A stretch of 64,000 nucleotides of DNA from positions 31,126,001 to 31,190,000 of the forward strand of contig NW_024704742.1 in the NCBI RefSeq assembly GCF_018977255.1, written 5' to 3'. The position numbers were made by a program, and so were the translations under genes. The notes beneath the pieces were generated by a model that was not told the origin of the DNA, did no database searches, and saw only the letters and a program-made list of their open reading frames with translations. Source of the DNA: Callorhinchus milii (Eukaryota). Below, piece after piece: positions 1 to 11,800 of this stretch (its first letter is position 1; each line of letters begins with the position of its first letter).

Positions 1-688
1 CAGGGGTACAAATGTCTCAAAGCTTGCCCACTGATGCTAAGTACAGCAGGTAAGGAATATGAAGCAGACTACCGTTTGCTAAGCACAGGGAGCAGGCAAG
101 GCTATGGAGGTATTTGAAAGCGGGACCAAGAATCTTGAACTTGATCCACAGAGGAGTCAGCATTACGGTGGAGAATACTTACAGAACGACAATTTGTGCA
201 TGTAAACCTAAATTTAGAAATCAAAGATAGCATAAAATAATGTAAGATGACATCTTAATGAAGTAGGAATATAAATTCCCAACTAAATTATAACACACTG
301 CTTTCCTTGAAGGAAAAACAAATCTACAGTTCTGTTATTCTTAATTACTTATTTTAACTACAGAATATAACCCTTAATATATACTCCATTAAAGCTCACT
401 AAATCCCTTAAAATTGCAGTAAGAAACTTTGGCAACAAAAAGTATCCCAGAAGATATTGTTGTAATTTTCTACTTTCAAATTGTACCAAAATGTGAATAT
501 TACATCCTATTAGTCAGTCACTTGCCATGTGACTGACTAAATAGGTTGTAATATTCATAGATCATATAGTTGTGACTAAGTATTTACGATTTCTTTTTAA
601 TATGCAGTACCATAATAATTCATCAATGCTATTTAAGTGCAGCAAGCAAAAACAAATTAAGTTGTAGGTTTCACTCTGCTTTCCTTAC

Positions 689-867
689 CTTTTCTTGGAC
701 AATAGCCACATACGGTAAAACAAACAGTACATCTCTCTTCCTGCACAGTAGCTCCTGCATGATCAAAATCTCAGCAACCAGTGTCTTCCCACCGCTCGTC
801 GGCAGTGAATAAATTAGATTCTTTCTTTGCTGCAAGGATTCCAAAGTCAAACAAGTGTGTTGCCATT
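689..867 (-). CDS. HELQ: HELQ (helicase POLQ-like) coding exon 3; gene continues beyond the left edge
   Basis: Encodes (E)[59 protein letters not shown], with SF2 Walker A PTSGGKT. Acceptor ccacag, donor GTAAGG; phase 1 joins exon 2. Confidence 0.95.
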
Positions 868-1218
868 CTGTGGAGTTTATCAAAAGAGCATTAGATTTTT
901 GATTAGAAAATGTTAAATATTTCAGGAAATAAAAAATGTTTCATGTAAAAATAACAATGAATAGCAGTTTTTTTTGGACTAATTATAACGATTTGCAGGT
1001 CTCGTTGCAACCTGCATAATTTGTCAATATTCTCCTTTTTCTCCTCTCCTTAAAGCACTTCTACTCCAGCAGGCAGGCTGGCCCACCTGATTATCCTCTT
1101 TATGTGTCAAGATGGAGATTCGAGCATCAGCAGTCGAAGCCATCACATGAAGACCATCCGTTCTCAACCTGACACATGCTGATTTTTCAGCTCCCCAAAT
1201 AGCTTTAAAAATCTTTTA

Positions 1219-1535
1219 TAATAATAATCCTTGCATTTGATATAGCGCTTTTCACGTCTTCTAGATGTCTCAAAGCGCTTCACAGAATATACTGTAAAGT
1301 GAATTGACCGCATACTTTGTGGGCGAAACACAGCAGCCATTTGCGCACAGCAGTGTCCCACAAACAGTCATGGATTGAAGTGACCAATCTATTATTTATT
1401 TATTTATTTTTCCTAGAGGGATTATCATCAGGTGTGTGGAGTAAGGAAACTTGCCAAGGTTTCACCTTGCCAGGAATCGAACCCAGGTCTCTCGCTTGCA
1501 AAGTGAGTGCTCTAACCACTGAGCTACAGGACTCC
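1219..1535 (-). mobile_element. tRNA-derived SINE (Deu-like core, L2-like tail), full length
   Basis: Head GGAGTCCTGTAGCTCAGTGGTTAGAGC..TTGCAAG..GGTTCGATTCC; tail GCGCTATATCAAATGCAAGGATTATTA; many similar copies in the window. Confidence 0.88.
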
Positions 1536-1954
1536 ACTGTAATACCCATTGTGGTCCCCTACTGTGACGCTGGTTGAGATAACTTCATTCAGACTGAGAG
1601 TGAATCTGCTACTTTCTGGTCTGTACGGCCTTAGTACTACATGAGATGCCTTTAACCAACAACAACAACTTGAATTTATATAACGCCCTTCACGCGGGGT
1701 AGCATCCCGTTGCGCTTGTGTATTATAACCAATCACAATACACACACACACCATTGGCCATTGTAATGGTTGCAAAGTTTTGGAACAGTTGTTACAAAAG
1801 ATCTGGAAAAGGTACATTACATGCGTCCAACATCCTAGTTAAAAACAGATATAATATATCCTCAAATAATGGAGACAAATGACAATGATAGTCCTGAGAG
1901 CACAGAGGCATATTCTTAGTAATCAGCTTTTTACCACTAGCTGTCTTTAAGAAT

Positions 1955-3730
1955 TGCAATCATTTGTATAGCGCCTTTCACGTCGGAGGACGTCCCAAGG
2001 CTCTGGACAATCAGTGTTTCGGACCCGAGCTGGGGGTCAGGATTGGGGAGGATGAAGGGCATGGTTGGGAAAGGAGGGTGATCGGTCGAAGAGAAAGGTC
2101 TTGAGATGGGTCTTGAAGGAGGCAAGGGAGGGGGCTAGGTGGAAGGACTGCGGGATGAAGTTATAGAGGTTGAGGGCAGAGTGGCTGAATGGTGGTGTGG
2201 ACGAGGCGGGGGACTTGAAGCAGGATGGAGCCCGCTGAGCAGAGGAAGCGGGCAATTTGGTAGGGGTAGCAAAGCCATGGAAGACTTTGAAGGTGAGGAC
2301 CAGGATCTTGAACTGTATCCTCTGCGTAATGGGAAGCCAGCAGAGTCAGACGAGGATGGGTGATAAGGTCAGAGCTTGGTGGTGAGAGGACACAGGCTGC
2401 AGAGTTCTAGATGATCTGCAGCCTATGGAGAGAGGAGTTGGGGAGGCCGACAAGCAGGAATTTTGTATAGTCAAGCCAGGATGTTATGATTGTGTGTATG
2501 AGGGTTTCGGCGGGATCCCATCAGGAGAGCCTTGGTCTTGTTGATGTTCAAGTAGAAAGTTAGCTCTCATGCAAGGCTTGATTTCTGACAGACATTCTGT
2601 CAGGACAGTAGTGATCCCAGAGTCAAGGGTGGAGGAAGAGATAGACTTGCATGTTATCCGCATACGTGTGGAAGCTGATCCCATGTCTGTGGAGGGAGTA
2701 TATAGATATTGAAGAGGAAGGGACCAAGGAGAGAGCCCTGTGGAATGCCGCACGAGACGGTGCAAGGGTTAGAGGAGAAACTGTTCGCGGAGGTGAAGTA
2801 GAGGCGGTGTGAGAGGTACGATCTGAACCATTCAAGAACAGAACCATGAAAGTTGAGGTGAGAGGAGAGCCGGTGGATGAGGATACAGTGGTCAATGGTG
2901 TCAAAGGCAGCAGAGAGGTCAAGGAGGCTGAGGAGGCAGAGGGAGCCCTGGTCGCAGATGGACAGAATATAATTTGTCACTTTGACCAGAGTTGCTTCTG
3001 TGCTGTGGGCAGCACGGCAACCCAACGGAAGGGTTCATGAAGGGAGTGGCAGGAGAGGAAGGAGCAAAGCTGGGAAGCAACAACTCGTTCTAGGACCTTG
3101 GAAAGGAAAGGGAGGTTGGAGATGGGGTGGTAGTTTGAGAGCAGGGATGGGTCCAGGGAGAGTTTTTTAAGGATAGGAGTAATGATGGACGTTTTTAAAG
3201 CGTTGGGAACTTTCCCAGTGGACATGGAAAGGTTTATGATGTCTGTGAGTAGGAAAGCAAAGAAATGGAGCTGGGAGGTAAGGAGAGGGGTAGGGATGGG
3301 GTAGAGGGAGCAGGTAGTTGGTTTCATGCGGGTTAGAGTGGTAGTGAGAGAGGAGTGTGACAGGTTTGAAGGTGTGGAGGGAGGGATGGGTAAGGGCCAG
3401 GGTGTAAGGGGGAGATGGGGAGAGGGTAGAAGACAGAAAGGCAGAGGCAGCTGAGCAGATCCACTCGACTTTGGTTTCAAAGAAATCCAGCATCGCCTCG
3501 CAGTTGGCTTTGGAGGAAAGGATGGACAAGGCGTGAGGGTGAGCGGAGGAGCCGGTTGGTGATGGAGGAGCCTGGGATTGTCCTTGGCATCCATGATTGT
3601 CTTGAGGTAGAACGACAATTTAGCGGAGGCGAGGGTGGAGTGGTAAGATTTGATAAGATCCAGCCAGACCTGCTGATAGTGTTTTCTTCCAGTTTGTTTA
3701 TATAATCCTTGTTTTTTGATACATTCCTCA
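1955..3730 (-). mobile_element. Degenerate L2-type LINE, 3' part with reverse transcriptase
   Basis: ORF fragments NYHPISNLPFLSKVLER, LLDLSAAFDTIDH, GIPQGSLLGP and FHTYADN; tail shared with the SINE. Confidence 0.88.
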
Positions 3731-4273
3731 CTACCTAGATTGGCCTCCAAACCTTTTAGAAGCTGTCCTCCTCATGGGACACACCTGAATTCAAGAACAA
3801 CAACTTGCATTTATATAGTGCCCTTCACGTGGGACAGTTTCGGAGCGCTTAACAGTGGCAGAGCACAACCCTGAGTCGCGGAGAGGGAGGAGGTGACCGC
3901 AAGCACAGTCGAAGAGGACGATCTTCTTTTATGATCTAAAAGAAGGGAAGAAAGAGGAAAGGCGAAGGGATTGGGGAAAGAGTTCCAAAGCTTCGGGGGG
4001 TTGTGGTTGAAAGGCGGAGGAGGGTATGAGGGACAATCAGCAGGCCAGAGCCTGCCAAGCAGAAGCAGCAGATAGTGTTGTAGGGAGATAGGTCAGAAAG
4101 GTAGAGAGATGCCAGGGCATGAAGGGATTTGTAGACGAGAGGATCTTGAAATCAATATCCTGAGGAACTATTTTCCTTCAAGTGTGCTGTACATCAATAA
4201 GATTGCAGAATAGTTTCAATATACAATATTAAATTAATACAATATTAAATATTCTTTCCCCCATTCTATTTAC

Positions 4274-5078
4274 CATAAAGATCTTTGATGCCTTTGAACT
4301 GGAAAATCAAATCCCGAATTTTGCTTGGAAGTCCATAGAAAGGGCCCATGTCAACATCGGAAGTAGCTTCAATCGTTCTCATAGCAACATTTATCTCTTC
4401 AGTAACTGCAGCATCTTTCAGTTGTTTACTTTTTGACATCTGTGGTACTGGAGCAGAAGCATTTCCAGCCATTGCGCTTTTCATCTGATCTGTCAGACTT
4501 CTCCGGGCACTGGTCCCAGAATTTGTAGTTCCTGATTGCTTAGTTATTTTGCCAGTATTTGCCATTTTAGCCTCCGAAACTGAAGGCATTTCAAAATTAT
4601 TATCATGACAATAGTTCAAACAGCTATTGTCTTCTGCTACTAAATCTACATTTTCATGCTCGATCAGGAATGAGTTCACCCCATCCTTTACTTCAAGTTG
4701 TGAGCTAGGTAATTCATCAAGTACATTTGTATTTTCAACTTGTGGCACATGCCAACCTTCTGCCATGGTTATGTTTCTCTTCTTTACAACACAGTCTTTA
4801 TCTGCTTTGACATCAGTAAGGTTTGTACATTTAGAAGGATACTGCTCATCTGATTCATTTTTGTCATTTTGTGAACAATTAAGTAACTCAGGATTGTTAA
4901 ATGTTGGCTGATATTCGTGGTTATGGAGTTTCTTGTCATCTTCCACAGGGCTAGAAGTCAGAACTTTGGTACAGTTAGAAATTCCTCTCTCTGCTTCATC
5001 AAGCTGCACCAAAAAGCCACTGTCATTTGCAAAGCTGTCGTAGTCTCCAAAGAGGTCCTCATCACTGTTGCAATTCAT
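4274..5078 (-). CDS. HELQ: HELQ coding exon 2 (805 nt)
   Basis: ORF MNCNSDEDLFGDYDSF...GPFYGLPSKIRDLIFQFKGIKDLY resembles the HELQ N-terminal region. Acceptor tttttcag, donor GTAAAT. Confidence 0.92.
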
Positions 5079-5254
5079 CTGAAAAAAGTACAGTATAATA
5101 TATATTTTTTAAAATGTTGCTCATCATTCTTGAAGGAGTGACTAATTTGGGTGTGGAGGGTTACTCTCACTTTATATTCCTCATGTGTTAACCTGCAATA
5201 CAAAATTATATTTGTAAAGCGCTTTTCACAGGTTTTCTGTCCATTCAATGATCA

Positions 5255-6020
5255 ACAACAGCAAGATTACATTTATATAGCGCGTTTCACGTCGGGAGGA
5301 GTCCCAAGGCGCTGGACAGAGTACAGCATTTCATACCCGAGCTGGGGTTGGGGGGGGAGGGGGGAGGGGAAGGGGGGTGGCCGATGGCATGGTCGAATAG
5401 GATGGTCTTGAGGCGGGACTTGAAGGAGGCTGAGGGGACGAGGCGGAGTGATTAGGGGATGGAATTCCAGAGGTTGGGGGCAGAGTGGCTGAAGGTTCTC
5501 TCGCCAATGGTGGGTCGGGTGGGTCGGGGCATGTGGAGCAGGCCGGAGCCGGCTGAGCGGAGGGAACGGGCGGGTTGGTGGGGGCTTAGGAGGTCACAGA
5601 GGTAGGGAAGGTGAGACCAGGGAAGGCTTTGTAGGTGAGGACCAGGATCTTGAACTGGATCCTCTGAAGGATAGGGAGCCAATGGAGTCGGGGGAGAGTG
5701 GGGCAGATGGGGTCACAGAGTTTGGTGCGGGAGAGGACACGGGCTGCAGAGTTCTGGATTATCTGCAGCCTGTGGAGGGAGGAGTTGGGAAGGCCAACAA
5801 GCAGGGGGTTTGCATAGTTGAGCCTGGAGGTGATGAAGGCATGAACAAGAGTTTCAGTGGCCTGAGGGGTAGAGATAGTGGCGGAGTCGGGTGATGTTAC
5901 AGAGGTGAGGGAAGGCAGAGCGGATCATGGCTTGGATGTGGGGAAGAAAAGACAGTTGAGGGTCGAACAAGACACCGAGGTTCCTGACTGGCTGGTGAGT
6001 TGAAGTGTGCAACCATGGAG
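5255..6020 (-). mobile_element. L2-type LINE 3' fragment
   Basis: RSLRSAGSGLL...FSHSAPNLWNSIP and an L2 tail with (TTG)n. Confidence 0.8.
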
Positions 6021-6289
6021 GTTGATCAGTGTGATGTATACAATCTGAAGGTGGTCAGGTAGTGTGCATATTTACAGGGCTGTGTTACGAGTATTTTTTA
6101 ATCAGCATTGTGTATATTTATTTTATTATTATATATACTTACAAGGCAGTGTTGTGTATATTTATTAACCGTTATTTTGTATATTTACAGGGCTATGTTG
6201 GGCATATTAAATTATCAGGTTGTTTTTACATTTATTGTCCTGTTTTGTGTGCACTTATCGGTTGGTGACCGTTCATTGATCATTGTTGT

Positions 6290-7995
6290 GACGATTCACT
6301 GATCAGTATTCTGTTCACTAACTGCTCAATGTTGTGTCCATTCATTGATCAGTGTGGCATACATTCAATGATCAGTGTTGTGTGCAGCCATTGATCAGCG
6401 TGGTGACCATTCAAAGATTAGTGTTATGTGCAGTCATTGATCAATGTGGTGACCAGTCATTGATCAATGTGGTGACCAGTCATTGATCAGTGTGGTGGCC
6501 AGTCATTGATCAGTGTGGTGACCAGTCACTGATCAGCGTTGTGCATATTGACTGATCAGTGTGGTGGACAGTCACTGATCAGTGTGGTGACCAGTCATTG
6601 ATCAGTGTTGTGTATATTGACTGATCAGTGTGGTGACCAGTCATTGATCAGTGTTGTGTATATTGACTGATCAGTGTGGTGACCAGTTATTGATCAGTGT
6701 TGTGTATATTGACTGATCAGTGTGGTGGCCAGTCATTGATCAGTGTTGTGTATATTGACTGATCAGTGTGGTGACCAGTTATTGATCAGTGTTGTGTATA
6801 TTGACTGATCGGTGTGGTGACCAGTCATTGATCAGTGTGGTGACCAGTCATTGATCAGCGTTGTGCATATTGACTGATCAGTGTGGTGGACAGTCACTGA
6901 TCAGTGTGGTGACCAGTCATTAATCAGTGTTGTGTATATTGACTGATTGGTGTGGTGACCAGTCATTGGTCAGTGTTGTGTATATTGACTGATCAGTGTG
7001 GTGGTCAGTCACTGATCAGTGTGGTGACCAGTCATTGATCAGTGTGGTGTATATTGACTGATCAGTGTGGTGGCCAGACATTGATCAGTGTGGTGACCAG
7101 TCATTGATCAGTGTTGTGTATATTGACTGATCAGTGTGGTGGTCAGTCACTGATCAGTGTGGTGACCAGCCATTGATCAGTGTTGTGTATATTGACTGAT
7201 CAGTGTTGTGTATTTTGACTGATCAGTGTGGTGACCAGTCATTGATCAGTGTTGTGTATATTGACTGATCAGTGTGGTGACCAGTCATTGATCAGTGTTG
7301 TGTATATTGACTGATCAGTGTGGTGACCAGTCATTGATCAGTATTGTGTATATTGAGTGATCAGTGTGGTGACCAGTCATTGATCAGTGTTGTGTATATT
7401 GACTGATCAGTGTGGTGACCAGTTATTGATCAGTGTTGTGTATATTGACTGATCGGTGTGGTGACCAGTCATTGATCAGTGTTGTGTATATTGACTGATC
7501 GGTGTGGTGACCAGTCATTGATCAGTGTTGGGTATTTTGACTGATCAGTCTGGTGACCAGTCATTGATCGGTGTTGTGTATATTGACTGATCAGTGTGGT
7601 GACCAGTCACTGATCAGTGTGGTGACCAGTCATTGATCAGTGTTGTGTATATTGACTGATCAGTGTGGTGACCAGTCATTGATCAGTGTTGTGTATATTG
7701 ACTGATCAGTGTGGTGGCCAGTCATTGATCAGTGTGGTGACAAGTCATTGATCGGTGTGGTGACCAGTCATTGATCGGTGTGGTGACCAGTCATTGATCG
7801 GTGTGGTGACAAGTCACTGATCGGTGTGGTGACCAGTCACTGATCGGTGTGGTGACCAGTCACTGATCGGTGTGATGACCAGTCACTGATCGGTGTGGTG
7901 ACCAGTCACTGATCGGTGTGGTGCATATTGACTGATCGGTGTGGTGACCAGTCACTGATCGGTGTGGTGCATATTGACTGATCGGTGTGGTGTAA
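6290..7995. repeat. 23-bp minisatellite with two alternating variants in HELQ intron 1
   Basis: Units TGATCAGTGTGGTGACCAGTCAT and TGATCAGTGTTGTGTATATTGAC in tandem over ~1.7 kb. Confidence 0.95.
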
Positions 7996-8086
7996 TTTAT
8001 ACGCCTGTCTGCAACTGGTGTAGCGCCAGTCACCCCCGAGTGTGTGTGTGTGTCAGTTACTGCCCCACAACTCTGCCCTTGTGTAC

Positions 8087-8281
8087 CTCCTCCACCGCCG
8101 CCGCCGCCGTGGTCGGGGGCTGCCAGGCCGGGGGGCTCGGCTGTTCCCGGGGCGGCGGCCTCTGCCGGTGGCTGCGTCTCTTGACGGGCGCGGGCCCAGT
8201 GCTGGAGGCGGCTCCTCTCTCACGGCCCCTCTTGCGGCCTTTGACCCGCCGGTTGATCTCGGAGGCCGGGCTCCCGTCCAT
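8087..8281 (-). CDS. HELQ: HELQ coding exon 1 (65 codons)
   Basis: MDGSPASEINRRVKGRKRGR... resembles the basic vertebrate HELQ N-terminus and lies in a CpG island. GAG|GTACAC donor is phase 0, matching exon 2, but the donor is weak so the boundary is less certain. Confidence 0.75.
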
Positions 8282-8853
8282 GGAATGGCCTCAACGGTGC
8301 GCACGGCTCAGCGCCGCCGCCGCCGCCGCTCCCTCCCCCGGCGGCCTCATCCGGTGCTGTATTCCCACCGGCGGGGAGTGCAAAGAGGCTGCGGCCGGTG
8401 CCGGGCTCTAGGCCCGGGCTGAAGGCCCGCGGGCCGCACTCGCACGCGGCGTCGCCATGACGCCGGCCCCGCCCCTGGTGACGCTAATTTATGGTAATGA
8501 GGTCACTCGGGGACGGACTGACGGACCGCCGCCGGTCACGTGATTGTGATGCGGGATGAGCTGCGATGACGCCCCGTTCCCGCTGTGTCGGTTCATTTAT
8601 GATCGACATTTATTATCGACCGTTATTATGGTGTGGAATCGGCTTTACTGTCCGGGGTTTAACATCGATGGGCTTCACCGTTCAGGCCCCGCCCCCTCCC
8701 CTAGTACGGCCCCGCCCCCTGACCCGGCCCCGCCCCCTGGCCCAGCCCCGCCTTGGCCCCTGGCCCCGCCCCTGCCCCCTCCCGCGGGCTTGACAAGGGC
8801 GGAAGTGACGCAAGAGTGCTGACTTCCGGCCTAGTCTTAACTGCTTCGGGGTA
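8282..8853. promoter_or_regulatory. CpG-island bidirectional promoter and 5' leaders of HELQ and MRPS18C
   Basis: Divergent ATGs at 8281(-) and 8854(+); CpG rich. Several GGCCCCGCCCC GC boxes at ~8685-8775, E-box GTCACGTGA near 8536, ETS motifs GCGGAAGTG (8799) and ACTTCCGG (8822). Confidence 0.85.
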
Positions 8854-8899
8854 ATGTGGCGAGCGACGGCAGCGCTGAGAGCAGCTCAACACCAGCCAG
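8854..8899 (+). CDS. MRPS18C: MRPS18C exon 1 (MWRATAALRAAQHQP, presequence-like)
   Basis: ATG just downstream of the ETS motifs; Arg/Ala-rich peptide; CAG|GTAACC phase-1 donor fits exon 2. Confidence 0.8.
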
Positions 8900-10407
8900 G
8901 TAACCCCCCCCCCCCCCAGCCAGGTAACCCCCCCCCACACCAGCCAGGTAACCCCCCCCCCCCCCACACCAGCCAGGTAACCCCCCCCCCAACACCAGCC
9001 AGGTAACCCCCCCCCCACACCAGCCAGGTAACGCCCCCCCCCACACCAGCCAGGTAACCCCCCCAACACCAGCCAGGTAACCCCCCCCCCCAACACCAGC
9101 CAGGTAACCCCCCCCCCCCACACCAGCCAGGTAACCCCCCCCCCCCCCCACACACCAGCCAGGTAACCCCCCCCCCAACACCAGCCAGGTAACCCCCCCA
9201 ACACCAGCCAGGTAACCCCCCCCCCCCACACCAGCCAGGTAACCCCCCCCCCCCCCACACCAGCCAGGTAACCCCCCCCCCCCACCACCAGCCCCCCCCC
9301 CCCACACCAGCCAGGTAACCCCCCCCCACACCAGCCAGGTAACCCCCCCCAACACCAGCCAGGTAACCCCCCCCCAACACCAGCCAGGTAACCCCCCCCC
9401 CCAACACCAGCCAGGTAACCCCCCCCCCACACCCACCAGGTAACCCCCCCCCCCCACACCAGCCAGGTAACCCCCCCCCCCCACACCAGCCAGGTAACCC
9501 CCCCCCCCCCAACACCAGCCAGGTAACCCCCCCCACACCAGCCAGGTAACCCCCCCCCCCACACCAGCCAGGTAACCCCCCCCCCCCACCCCCCCCCAAC
9601 ACCAGCCAGGTAACCCCCCCCCCCCCCCCCCCCCACACCAGCCAGGTAACCCCCCCCCCCCCCCACACCAGCCAGGTACCCCCCCCCCCCCCCACACCAG
9701 CCAGGTAACCCCCCCCCACCCCCAACACCAGCCAGGTAACCCCCCCCCCCCAACACCAGCCAGGTACCCCCCCCAACACCAGCCAGGTAACCCCCCCCCA
9801 ACACCAGCCAGGTAACCCCCCCCCAACACCAGCCAGGTAACCCCCCCCCCCCAACACCAGCCAGGTAACCCCCCCCAACACCAGCCAGGTAACCCCCCCC
9901 ACACCAGCCAGGTAACCCCCCCCCCAACACCAGCCAGGTAACCCCCCCCCACCCAACACCAGCCAGGTAACCCCCCCCAACACCAGCCAGGTAACCCCCC
10001 CCCAACACCAGCCAGGTAACCCCCCCCCCCAACACCAGCCAGGTAACCCCCCCCCCCCCAACAACAGCCAGGTAAACCCCCCCCCAACAACAGCCAGGTA
10101 ACCCCCCCCCAACACCAGTCAGGTAACCCCCCCCCCCCAACACCAGCCAGGTGACCCCCCCCCCAACACCAGCCAGGTAACCCCCCCCACCCCCCAACAC
10201 CAGCCAGGTAACCCCCCCCAACACCAGCCAGGTAACCCCCCCCACCCCCCAACACCAGCCAGGTAACCCCCACCCCCCAACACCAGCCAGGTAACCCCCC
10301 CCCAACACCAGTCAGGTAACCCCCCCCCCCCTAACACCGGCCAGGTAACCCCCCCCCCCAACACCAGCCAGGTAACCCCCCCCCCCCCCAACACCGGCCA
10401 GGTAACC
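8888..10407 (+). repeat. C-rich minisatellite, unit (A)ACACCAGCCAGGTAAC + poly-C, ~56 copies
   Basis: Direct tandem repetition, copies counted by eye; poly-C spacer length varies. Confidence 0.95.
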
Positions 10408-10409
10408 TA

Positions 10410-11800
10410 ATAAACTCAGTGCGAAAGGGCTTACCCTGAATTGTAAGACTGTGACCCCTGGTTATAGTTTCTCCAACCAGGGGAAAAAGTCTCCCACTAT
10501 CTATTCTGTTGTGCCCCTTAATAATCTTATAGGTTTCTATAAGATCACCTCTCATTCTTCTATATTCAAGAGAATATAGGCCTAAATTGCTCAACCTATC
10601 CTTGTAACTCATCCTTGGTACCAACCTAGTGAATCTATGCTGTACTCTCGCCAAAGGCAAGTATGTCCTTTCTTAAATAAGGAGACCAAAACTGCACACA
10701 ATATTCCAGGTATGGTCTCACCAGGGCCCTATACAGTTGCAGCAAGACTTCCCTATTCTTATATTTTAACCCTTTTGTAACAAATGCCAACATGCCGTTA
10801 GCCTTCCTAGTTGCTTGCTGTACCTGCAAACTAACTTTTTGTGACTGGTGTACAAGGACACCCAAATCCCTCTGAACGCTAACACTATCTAGTTTCTCCC
10901 CTTCTAACAAATAATCTGCTGTACTGTTTTTGCCACTGAGGTGGATGACCTCACACTTCCCTACATTATACTTCATCTGCCACCTATTGGCCCACTCACC
11001 TAACCTATCTATACATTTTTTTTAATGTCATCCTCGGTGTTTATTCTCTCTCCTAGTTTAGTGTCATCTGTGAATTTGGATATATTAAGTTTGATGCCCT
11101 CATCTAGATCGTTGATGTAGATTGTAAATAGTTGAGGCCCAAGCACTGACCCTTGTGGCACTCCACTTGTCACATTCCGCCAATCTGAGAAGGACCCGTT
11201 TATCCCTACTCTTTGTTTTCTTCCCGTTAGCCATTCTTCAATCCATGATAATATATTCCCCTTAATTCCATGGGTCCTAATCTTGTGGATCAACCTTTTA
11301 TGTGGCACCTTATCGAATGCCTTTTGGAAATCTAAATACACTAACTACATCCACTGATTCCCTCCTATCTAATCTACTTGATATGTCCTCAAAAAAATCT
11401 AAAAAATTTGTTAAGCATGACTTCCCTTTTGTAAAGCCATGTTCACTCTGTCTCATCATATTGTGATACTCTAAGTATCCCACGATGACATCCTTAATTA
11501 AGTATTCTAGAATTTTTCCTACCACCGATGTCAGACTAACTGGTCTATAGTTCTCCATCTTTTCTCTCCCACCCTTCTTAAATAGTGGTGTGACGTTTGC
11601 GATCTTCCAATCAATGGGAACTGTTCCAGAATCCAAAGAATTTTGGAAGATCAGACACAAGGCCTCCACTATCTCATGAGCTACCTCTTTTAAAACCCTA
11701 GGATGCAGACCATCAGGTCCAGGGAACTTGTCACTTTTTAATGCCAACAATTTCCCTAGCCCTAATTCTTTGCTAATGTAAATTTCCCTAAGTTGCTCCC
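10410..11800 (-). mobile_element. CR1-type LINE ORF2 (reverse transcriptase) fragment, frameshifted and truncated at both ends
   Basis: ORFs contain [53 protein letters not shown] and RPYLEYCVQFWSP, all typical of CR1. Confidence 0.92.

Noticed and set aside
1164..1577. Recurrent short ORFs such as ..[30 protein letters not shown]
   Set aside because: These are translations of SINE copies, not a gene family.
6290..7995. CRISPR-like or coding repeat
   Set aside because: Head-to-tail 23-bp units with no unique spacers and frequent stop codons.
7962..8422. Plus-strand ORFs of 149 and 126 aa and the alternative minus-strand 83-aa ORF
   Set aside because: GC-rich shadow ORFs over HELQ exon 1; only the 8281 frame splices in phase to exon 2.
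8701..10394. Long Gly-rich ORFs (535, 478 and 409 aa) in all three minus-strand frames
   Set aside because: They result from a stop-free G-rich tandem repeat. There is no credible start context, and the frames depend on homopolymer lengths.
8888..10407. CRISPR-like repeat-spacer pattern
   Set aside because: The spacers are only poly-C, the context is a vertebrate intron, and no cas genes are present.
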